A stretch of 64,000 nt of DNA from Squalus acanthias (taxonomy: Eukaryota): the NCBI GenBank assembly GCA_030390025.1, contig CM059431.1:158350001-158414000 (forward strand). The letters are read 5' to 3'. How positions within the stretch are numbered: position 1 is the stretch's first letter; each line of letters opens with the position of its first letter. The translations under genes were made by a program, and so were the position numbers. Of the stretch, positions 24,936 to 34,226 are shown in pieces. Under the pieces are notes generated by a model. The model was not told the DNA's origin and searched no databases. It saw only the letters and a list, made by a program, of their open reading frames with translations.

Positions 24936-27900
24936 CTAGAACCCGCGCAGCCCGTCTACCTGTGTCCGCTCAGCTATGATGCGTGGAAGCGACCTTTGCT
25001 GGAGATGGAGGTAGAGAAACAGAGGGGTAGTTATTTGTTGGACACGGGAGCTTCTTGCACCATAATCCATACAGATAGCCCTTTTGACTCGCCGCTATCT
25101 ACCAGGGTCCCATTCACGTTAGCGGGGTTCACAGGAAAAGAACAGGCTGGCGCGTTCTCCCTTCCGCTATCCATTCGTTTGGGAGCACTTCACCTTAAGT
25201 GGAAGTGCATACTGATGGAATGGCAGGAGGGGGGTGGAAGAGGTATCCTCGGGTCCGATCTTCTATCAGGACACGGGATCCTCGTGGACCTCAGAAATCA
25301 CTGTCTCTGGGGGGCTAAGGGTGAAAAAGGCGAGGTAGTAGTGATTCCGGGGGAGGAAGAAACAGCGGTCCTGTGTACCGTGCAGCCATCCGGAGGCTAC
25401 GACCTCGGGCTTATGGTCGCAGATGTCCCAACGGACATGCAAACGTACGTGTCAGATAATATGCACGCGTTTGCAACCCACAAGCACGATTGTGGGAGGG
25501 TTACCGGGTTTGAGGTCAGCGTAGATGGGGACCCCATGACCCGGCCCCAAAAACAGTATAACTTCCCCAAAGAAGCAGAACCCGATATGGAGACAGCAAT
25601 GTCCTCCTTGGTGCAGCAGGGCGTGTTGAGGCCGATAGCCACACACGTGAACTCCCCATTATGGCCGGTTAGGAAGCCGGATAATTCGTGGAGAGCCACG
25701 GTGGACTACAGAGTCCTTAACAGTAACATTCCCGCCTGCGCGCCCACGGTAGCAGCAGTTGCTGACCTAATAGGGAGCATCCCAGCGTCCGCGACCACGT
25801 TCACGGTGCTGGATATTTCGAACGGTTTTTGGTCCATCCCGCTGAGGCGAGAGGACCAGTACAAGTTTGCCTTTACTTTCAAAGGGCAACAGTACACATG
25901 GAACTGTCTGCCACAGGGTTTCCACAATAGCCCCAGTATTTTCCATCAGTGTATGGCAGGAAGTTTAAGGGAGTTTAGTCAGCCCAATCAGATAGTGCAG
26001 TACGTGGATGATTTGCTCCTATTTACGGACTCAAGGGAGGAGCATGGACCACTGCTGGACGAGTTATTGGAGCTGCTAGCGAGAAAGGGTTTTAAAATAA
26101 ATACTAAGAAAGCACGTATCGGTCAGCAGGAAGTAAAATTCCTGGGACTGACCATTCGCGCTGGGGAAAGAGCCATAGACAAAGCTAGGAGGGAGTCGGT
26201 GCAAGAGTTACCGATTCCCAACAACATAAGGGGTGTGAGGTCCTTCTTGGGACTGACCGGTTACTGCAGGGATTTTATCGAAGACTATGCGGCCACAGCG
26301 GCGCCGCTCCTCCGACTCCTCCATAAGGGAGTGGAGTGGTCTTGGGACGAGGGCTGCCAAGCAGCCTTCGAGAAGTTAAAAAGGGATCTGCAGACCGCGC
26401 CAGCCTTAGGGGCCATAGATGGGGGGAAGGAGTTTTTCCTGGAGGTAGCTGCCAGCGGAGACAGCTTGAGCGCTGTGCTGCTCCAAGAGCGTTACGGCAA
26501 GCTGAGGCCGGTTGTCTATTCATCCAGGGTGTTAACGGATGTGGAGAGAAGTTTCTCCAATTGCGAAAGGCACCTTTTAGCCACGCATTGGGCTGTGAAA
26601 AGATCAGCGATCTTCACAGGGCTCTCTCCTATCACTCTCCTCACACATCACACACCAACTAAGATGCTTCTAGATGGGAGGATTAAAGATGGGACCGTAA
26701 GCAGCGTGCGTATTGCGCGTTGGACCCTTCTTCATTCCCAGATGGATCTTAAAGTAAAATGTCTTTGCGAACCCAGGCTTGCGGCCAATTTGGTATACCC
26801 CGGTACAGCCCACCGGTGTTCGGTGGAAGGGGTGTGGGATGTCAACATAGGTTTACGGGCCGGGATACATCCCACAGGGTGCGAGATTTATGTTGATGGG
26901 TCTAGCACAGTATCTGCTGGCGAACGACTCACAGGGTGTGGAGTTTATGACCCTGCGGCAGACCTTGCCCTGGCGATCAAGCTCCCTAGCACCATGAGCG
27001 CACAGCAGGCTGAGCTGTCTGCCGTGGTGTACGTTGTTACCCACCCAGACATTTTCCCAACCCCATACACGATTTGCTCGGACAGTATGTTCACCTGCAA
27101 TTCGTGTACGGAATACCTGGCCATTTGGTCCCGCAGTGGATACACCTCCGCGGACGGGCGACCTTTAACGGTGAAGCCCTTGCTGGAAAAGATCTTAGCA
27201 GCAGCAGTAGGGGAGGAAGGAGAGATTTTCATCCATAAGGTGAAAGCTCACTCCTCCACAGAGCCCCGTGGGGAGGGCAACCAGCAGGCGGATGCGCTAG
27301 CCAGGGAAGGTGCCCGCAACGGCATTTTCTGGGACCCCTATGGGACCAGACCCATAGCAGCGATCCAAGGCAGGGACGGGAATCCCGGGAACACCAGGGT
27401 AGCATTGCCCCTAGACCTTAAGACCGTCCAAACCCAGGATCCCGCCCTAAAAGCAGTCCTAAAAACCATTGCTGAGGGGAGGCAGGTAGAAGGTCCGTAC
27501 AGTACGGCAACCCTCTCAGTTAAGGAAGGCATGCTGTTCCGCGAGGAGCAGTGGGTTGTGCCGCAGCAGCACAGGAGGGAATTCCTCCAGTTGGCTCACG
27601 AGGGACCAGGGGCAGGGCACCCCGGGCCCGAGGTTACCTGGCAACGGGTAGAGCAAGCGGAATGGTGGCCAGGGCTCAGGGAACAAGTCTGCGAGTTCTG
27701 TGCAAACTGTCTTGTGTGCGCTGCAAACAACCCAGACCCCCAGAAAAGGAAGGTGCCCATGGGACACGTAAGAAGGGTAGAGTGACCATGGCAGTCGATA
27801 CAGATCGACTATATAGGACCCCTGCCCACCACCCAGGGAGGCTATAAATACTGCCTCGTCTTAGTGGATGTGTTTTCCAAATGGGTGGAAGCCTTCCCCT

Positions 27901-29444
27901 GTCGAACAGCTACGGCACTGGGTACTGCAAAAATCTTGGTCCGGGAAGTGTTCTCGCGGTGGGGACTCCCCCGTTTTGTGGAGTCAGACCAAGGGAGTCA
28001 TTTCACCGGCCAGGTGATGCAGAACACCCTCATGCTTTTGGGCATTGAAGGGAAGTGGCACGTAGCACACAATCCCCAGTCATCCGGGATTGTTGAACGT
28101 ATGAACCGGACCCTGAAGGAGAAATTGAGGAAAGAGACTAGGAACTCGCCCCAAAAATGGGCGGAAGTTCTGCCTTTAGTCCTCATGGGGGTCCGATGCA
28201 GTCAGTCAAAAAGTACGGGGTACTCCCCGCATGAGGTGATGACTGGGAGGATCATGCGAACCCCCACCCATGTGCTAGCGCCGGTGCTCACTGAGGGTCA
28301 GCTCCAAGAGATAAGCAGGGACAAGTTCGCCCAGACCCTCTTGGAGCGCCTAAAACAGGTTTATGAGCAGGCGGCTGGGAACATGGGAAGGCAGCATCAG
28401 GGCAATCGCTTGTTGCTGGAACCCCGCAAAACGCGGGAGTGGGAAGTAGGAGACCAGGTCATGGTCAGAAACTACGCCAGAGTAGGGAGTCTGGAACCAC
28501 TGTATATGGGACCCTACAACATTGTAGATAAGGTGAGTCCCATGGTATACGCCGTAAAAGTACCTCGGCGCACTAAGTGGTTCCATGTAAACCAGTGCAA
28601 ACTGTACAAGCCAGGTGCGCAAGGGAAAACCACAGGGGTAAACCCCGCGAGTGGGGAAGCACAGCCCCAGGTAGGACCACAAGGCACACAGGCAGGCAAA
28701 GCAGCTTGCATCAGGGGAGGAGACATCCTGGAAGATCACGAAGCATTTTTGTGGGGATGGGAGTCAGATGAGGATAGTGATGAAGGCGAGTGGTTTTTGG
28801 GAAACGTAAGGAACGTTCCCATTTTAGGTATAGGGAGGACACGGGCTGCAGATAGAGATCCACACAGGGTGGACACACAAGCTGCAGGTCCCGAAGACAG
28901 GAGGGAGGAGCTAGGGGAAGCGGAGCCAGCCGCTGTGGGAACACAGGGAGTGACGGTGAGGACCCCCGAGCCCGAACCGCCCGCTTTGAACGTCCCGCCC
29001 TCGGGGGAGGCAGAGATCGCGAGTGAAGGCCCGCCTACTGGGCCGAGCAGGGCGGAGCCACAAACTGCGAGCCCCGAGTTAGGGAGGCGGAGTCAGCGGA
29101 GGCGGAGCCAGCGACTGTGGTGGAACCACAGGTCGTCCCGATGGAAGTCTCGGAACCCGGTCCGTCGGTCATGGGATCCCTGCCCCTGGCAACTCCCCGT
29201 AGGTCAAGTAAAGAACCCCAGCCCAAGAAGATGTGGGTATGGCCCCAGACTGTCCCAAGGCGTAGACTCAAGGTTAAGGCAGCCCAGATACAGCCCGGCC
29301 CCATCGCAGCAGCAACAGGCTGCGGCAGATCAGAGGAAGGGGTCAGTGCAGAAACAGGCTGCGGCAGATCAGAGGGAGGGGTCAGTGCAGAAACAGGCTG
29401 CGGCAGATCAGAGGAAAAGGTCAGAGCCCTCCCACAGTCGGTAA
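24936..29444 (+). CDS. pol: Pol (protease-RT-tether-RNase H-integrase), in frame with gag; internal TGA at 27783-27785 and probable 1-bp deletion at ~29083 (restored end 29473)
   Basis: LLDTGAS protease; LPQGFHNSP and YVDDLL RT; degenerate RNase H (FFLEVAASGDSLSAVLLQ); second RNase H (IYVDGSS, AQQAELSA, CSDS, VKAH, GNQQADALA); HHCC; IDYIGP, SDQGSHF and GIVERMNRTLK integrase core; GPY module. Confidence 0.95.
29313..29419 (+). repeat. 39-bp tandem repeat (~2.7 copies) in the integrase C-terminal extension
   Basis: aacaggctgcggcagatcagagg(a/g)aggggtcagtgcaga repeated; encodes TGCGRSEEGVSAE in the restored frame. Confidence 0.9.
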
Positions 29445-29771
29445 GAGCTCGCAGCAGTTTTCTCAGAATTTAAAGGGGCCGCCCTGAGAACGGGCGGCAC
29501 TGTACAGTTATAAGTTTTAAGTTTTAAGTTCATAGTTCAAGTTTAAGTTTATAGTTTAAGGTTATAAGTTTATAGTTTTAAATAAGGTTAAGTTTGTAGT
29601 TTTAATTTTAACAGAAAATGATAAAATGATGGGAGCTTTAAAGATAGGTTTAGTTAAAGTTTATTTAGTGAACATTGAAGATTACGTGAGGCGAGGTCAG
29701 GGGACCCGCTCACCCTTCACAAAAGCCAGAGACTCTTGCGAGGCTGGCTACCTCATTCTATCTGATCACAG

Positions 29772-32135
29772 GAACCAAGGAAGGATGGAACGAATCTAGT
29801 ATTGCTCGCGGCAATCGGATGTGGATTGGCCTATCGAGGCCGCACCAAGGATGTCGTGGTGTTCGGATGCTCCGGGGACACGGCCCCCATCGCGGTGGAT
29901 GGGACCAGAAGACGGGAGGCAGAGGAGACCACCACCTATTTCCACAAGGGAAGGTGGCCAGGATGGCTGGGAACGAACTCGACGGAGTATTCCAGCACAT
30001 CGGGGTTTGCCTACCAAGAGACTTCTTTAATGTGCCCCAAAGTAAGGATCATCGCACCCAGGATCAGCGTCACCGTCGGCAAACGGATTTGTTTGACTTG
30101 TAGTGGGAATGTCCCATTGAGCCGATGGTGGTGGCTGCGAAAGCTGAGCAAAACTATGAGGAACTCTTCGGTCGAGTGGGAACGACTGGGTAATAATACC
30201 CATCGGACAATTATGGGGACAAACGGACAAGTGAGAGTCTGTTGGGACAAATGGTGGGAACCGGATGAGGGAATTTATGTATGTATGTGGGGGTCAAAGT
30301 ACCCTTGCCCCAAAGGCATATCCATATTTTTCATTAATCAGTGGCAGGATAACGGACAGGGGATGAGGTGGGATGCGAGCACCAGGGGGTGCGGAGCCCC
30401 ATACTCTTCGATCCCGGTAAATGCCACTGAGCTCATTATGCGCCCACGCAAAGCCCCGCCCACGATTCCGGTGGTTCTAGCTGAGGAGGAAGGGTGCCCT
30501 AAAACTAGTAAGGGACCCGGGAATGGTTTGGTACTGGTCCCCACAGACCAGATACTATTTCAGGGGGTACATTACGCGGTGGCCTCGGTGATTTTAAATC
30601 TCACCGAGGTGCGGTTACCAGAGTGGTGCCCCAAAAAGACGGAACAGTTGTATCAGGTCCTGTTGACCAAGATGTTCAGACAATTTTACGAATTCCATTT
30701 CGCGGAAATTGATAAAACAAGTTTGTACACCGCACCACATGAAGTTTTGAATCAAGTAGGGAGGCAAAGAAGGGGTTTAGTGAAAGACACGTTCAGTGCT
30801 TTTAACACGGGTACATCTGTGGTCAACGCTCTAGACAGTGTGGAGCTGCAGACCCAGATTAATGGTTTAAAGACACAATTAAAAGACATTCTAACAGATG
30901 AGAATAAAGTGGTAGGGTCGGGTTTACACGAGGACCAATCCATGACTCTCCATCTAAAGGAAATTATAGCAGAGTTAGAGAAACATGCAAAGACGGTAAA
31001 TGCCCTGATTAGGGAAGATCGGAATGCATCCGATCAAGCTGCGCAGAACGAGGTGTGCGTGCTTTACGGGGCGTGGTTACTCGGCGAGGGCCGCAGTAAT
31101 TTGGAGGATTTAAAACAAGGTTTGGTCCCGTCCTGGATAAGTAACAAACACCTGCGGGCGCTCCACCCTTTTCAGAACGCATTAAGTCCGTGCCAGCTTA
31201 GGCTAGCTTCAGAAGCTTACCCAGTCCCCGTGGACTGCGGACGATCAAACCATACTATCATGGGTATAGTTTTATGTATGCCGGTTTTGGGCGACACAGC
31301 AAAGCCCGCCCCGGTGTATCGGGTAGAGAACATTGGTGTCATTCAGGGGGGAGCCCACATTCGCTATGCAGCGGTTCCACCTTACGTCATCCGCTGGGAG
31401 CAAACGATGACAGGTACAGATCTCTCTGGTTGTCGTGGCAGGGGAGCACACATAATACTGTGTCCCCAGCACTTGAATGCCTTTTTAACACCACAGTGCG
31501 GGTTCAGAACGGCTGGCGCCAAGTCCATGAATTGCACCATGGAGGCAATGGCACAAGATCATGTGCCTCCGCAGGTAGCATACATCGGGGGTGGAACATA
31601 TTGTGTTACCACTGCAGCGCAACACTACCAGCATGGAAACCGTAGCCGGTGTCCGGTGAGTGACAGCAGTTTCTGTTTCAGACCCAGGGCGGAAGTTCAA
31701 GTAGCACAACAGCGAATTGTCCCAATCCCTGAACCATCCACTGTTCATCTTACAGTAAAAGAGAACTTCACCGACTTGCAGCGATTCGTCGCGCATTTTG
31801 GATACCTCATTCCCCCTCTCCCTGAACACCTCACCAAGCTTTTAAAAGCCGTCGCGGTGTCACAGAAACATTTTTACACATTAGAACAGAAAACTGTCGA
31901 AATAGGGACAGACATTCTGGATATAGTAGTTCCACCATGGTGGAATCTGTTCACCAATATTGATATGCCTTCATGGATCAGAATAGCCTCCCACATTTTA
32001 GTCGTATGCCAAGTTTTTATTGTAGTGTACCTATTGGTCGTACATTGTAAAAGAGACAAACGCCTCACTAAGCATGAAAACACGGGAGAGTGGCGAGAAC
32101 GTTACGTACGCGTGCACGATGAAAGCACCGTGTAA
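29772..32135 (+). CDS. env: Env: signal-like N-terminus, Ig-like domain, furin site RQRR (30762-30773), fusion peptide and heptad region, Cys-rich F-protein-like region, transmembrane helix, short tail
   Basis: Frame open from 29766; NLVLLAAIGCGLA; CLTC...WWW...DEGIYVC; RQRR|GLVKDTFSAFNTGTSVVNALD; TDLSGC...IILCP...C...NCT...YIGGGTYCV...C...FCF; ILVVCQVFIVVYLLVV. Confidence 0.88.
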   Translation, partial: EPRKDGTNLVLLAAIGCGLAYRGRTKDVVVFGCSGDTAPIAVDGTRRREAEETTTYFHKGRWPGWLGTNSTEYSSTSGFAYQETSLMCPKVRIIAPRISVTVGKRICLTCSGNVPLSRWWWLRKLSKTMRNSSVEWERLGNNTHRTIMGTNGQVRVCWDKWWEPDEGIYVCMWGSKYPCPKGISIFFINQWQDNGQGMRWDASTRGCGAPYSSIPVNATELIMRPRKAPPTIPVVLAEEEGCPKTSKGPGNGLVLVPTDQILFQGVHYAVASVILNLTEVRLPEWCPKKTEQLYQVLLTKMFRQFYEFHFAEIDKTSLYTAPHEVLNQVGRQRRGLVKDTFSAFNTGTSVVNALDSVELQTQINGLKTQLKDILTDENKVVGSGLHEDQSMTLHLKEIIAELEKHAKTVNALIREDRNASDQAAQNEVCVLYGAWLLGEGRSNLEDLKQGLVPSWISNKHLRALHPFQNALSPCQLRLASEAYPVPVDCGRSNHTIMGIVLCMPVLGDTAKPAPVYRVENIGVIQGGAHIRYAAVPPYVIRWEQTMTGTDLSGCRGRGAHIILCPQHLNAFLTPQCGFRTAGAKSMNCTMEAMAQDHVPPQVAYIGGGTYCVTTAAQHYQHGNRSRCPVSDSSFCFRPRAEVQVAQQRIVPIPEPSTVHLTVKENFTDLQRFVAHFGYLIPPLPEHLTKLLKAVAVSQKHFYTLEQKTVEIGTDILDIVVPPWWNLFTNIDMPSWIRIASHILVVCQVFIVVYLLVVHCKRDKRLTKHENTGEWRERYVRVHDESTV

Positions 32136-32571
32136 TCGGAAAATGGCGTCACTCCCGCTCGCCACGTGCGCCGCGGAAGTTTGTACTCGATCATGATTTT
32201 CAAAGATTGTAAATACGTTGGGAACTCGACATGTTTTAAGAGTTGGTGTTGATTATTTTGGTGATGGTGTTATAGTTAAAAATGATTGTTTGGTTTTGGG
32301 TTTTGTTTTTCCTTTCCCTGAATAAAAGATGAATATACAGGTGATACGAGAGGCATCGGCCTAGTTACGCCGGGAAAGAAAACAAGTAGTGTAAGTTTAA
32401 AGGCAAATAATGCCTACGGTGATATAAAATGTAATTTTCTTGGGAAATAAGGACGACACAGAGACCCTGGCTAGGTTAAAGTTATGGGATTAATTTGCTG
32501 GATTCGGAGAAAATCGAGATAATATTGCTCACCACTATTATTTTTGATACGATAAGCGGAGTTATTCGCAT

Positions 32572-32584
32572 CAACAGGAGGGAC
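32572..32584 (+). promoter_or_regulatory. Short polypurine tract
   Basis: caacaggagggac directly before the 3' LTR TG. Confidence 0.55.
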
Positions 32585-34226
32585 TGTAGAATTCGCAATA
32601 TATCGCGATTTTATAATAAGGAGAAAACACAGAGTTTCGTTCAAACAGCTTTTCTTTCAGCAGAATGCTGTCAGGTTTTTCAAAGTGGACACAAGCAGCC
32701 TGTAAAATGGCCGCCGCACCTCGTGGCAGAACATTCTAGACTTTTCGACAGGCAGACAAGATGGCGTTCCAATAAACATTTGTGCAAGATCGATTAAGAT
32801 TCAGCACATTGAAGATAATACACGAGACATTGTGGGTTTGCAGTATACACATAAATACTGAAATCGGTCTCCCAGGTACGAATGAAAGCTATTGTACCAA
32901 GTAATCAAGGGCCCATCCAAAGACATTAATATGTAAAATCCCAACGACTCTACGATGAGAGAGCCGTTAGCGGGTAGTTATACAAAACACTTGGAAGCCC
33001 CAAAACCCCTCCAGGGAGAACACCGACCGATTTAACAATGAGAGAAATATTAACAGGTACTCAGGCATTTACGAGTAGCCCCGAAACCCATTAAGAACGG
33101 AGATCACCCATACAAGACATTTGAGCGCCAAACCCAAACAAAGGAAAGGCATTAAGGTTGGGCGGGAAACGGAAGATTTTGTACTATAATTACAAGCTCC
33201 AACCGTCCATTTTTCTCTTATCCGATCGACTCGTATCCTCGTGGCTGCTCCTGTGTTTTGACTCGCCGTCTTGTTCCTGCTTGCTTGGTGTCTCTTTTAA
33301 AAAGACTGTTGAACATTGTGATCCGTTCGGATCCACCTCGTGTCGTGTAACGAAGACCTATGTTGGTAACTGGCATCGGAACCGAAGGCCCGAGATGAGA
33401 TGAGATGAGATGAGATGAGATGAGAAGAGAGGAAGACCATACTTATCGCCACGGTCAGTAAGCCCCGACCGCGCCTGTAGGTCGAATAGCCAAGTTTCCT
33501 TGCCAGGGAGACTTCTTTGAACTTGCAAGAACGGACCTCGGAAGATCCTCCAAGAAGATATTGACTGGTCTGTGAAACCCATCAGGACAGAGCCTGTTAA
33601 ACCAACCAACACAGATCTTCATCACAGCAGACGTTCCAGCCTGCTAGCCGGAGCAGAAGCAAGTAAACAAGTGGGACCAGGAGACCCCCTGATCGACACG
33701 TGGGTGCTGCGGTAAAACCATCCGATCAGCTACTCGGAATTTCTCCGAGTTATCACGAGTGGTGAGCATGAGTCTCGAATCCTACGAATCTAGCTAGGAC
33801 AGATATTGATAGGGGAGGGTTTAAGTATTAAGGATACTTGTAATGTGTGCCCCTATTTACGGTGTGTCGTTCGTTCCTCGTTTCCCTAGAATTAGCTATA
33901 TAACTGCGTGTAAGATTGTACTGTCATTAATCTGTGCTTATGACATGTATTTCGTAATCTTAAATATCATGCAATAAAGATTTTCCATTTCGTACCATTC
34001 AACCGAGTCTACATGAGTTTCATTTCCATTACTGCTCTCGCATCTAAGTCCAGTGTCTAGAACCGTAAGGGCGAGTGATTCGAACCACTCACAGGTGTGT
34101 CTAGTGCTCCCAGACTGGCTGGAGACCAGAACAGGCAACAAGGCCTAAACCCGCACTGACATACAGGCTGCACAGAGCCGCGCGAATCTCACAGGCTGAG
34201 AGACACGCACGCCAAAATCCCTTACA
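32585..34226 (+). repeat. 3' LTR (1642 bp)
   Basis: Same length as the 5' LTR; about 14 substitutions counted by eye and no indels seen. Confidence 0.97.

Larger units (their letters stand above)
21481..34226 (+). mobile_element. Full-length endogenous retrovirus (LTR-gag-pol-env-LTR), lokiretrovirus-like
   Basis: TG...CA LTRs; ACCT target-site duplication (21477-21480 and 34227-34230) confirmed by the empty site cgttttACCTtctgctcg in unit 2 (~13083-13100); PBS, gag, pol and env all present. Confidence 0.96.

Noticed and set aside
27783..27789. Second programmed readthrough at TGA-CCA in integrase
   Set aside because: Falls in a normally continuous region and a single GGA>TGA change explains it; cannot be fully excluded without other copies.
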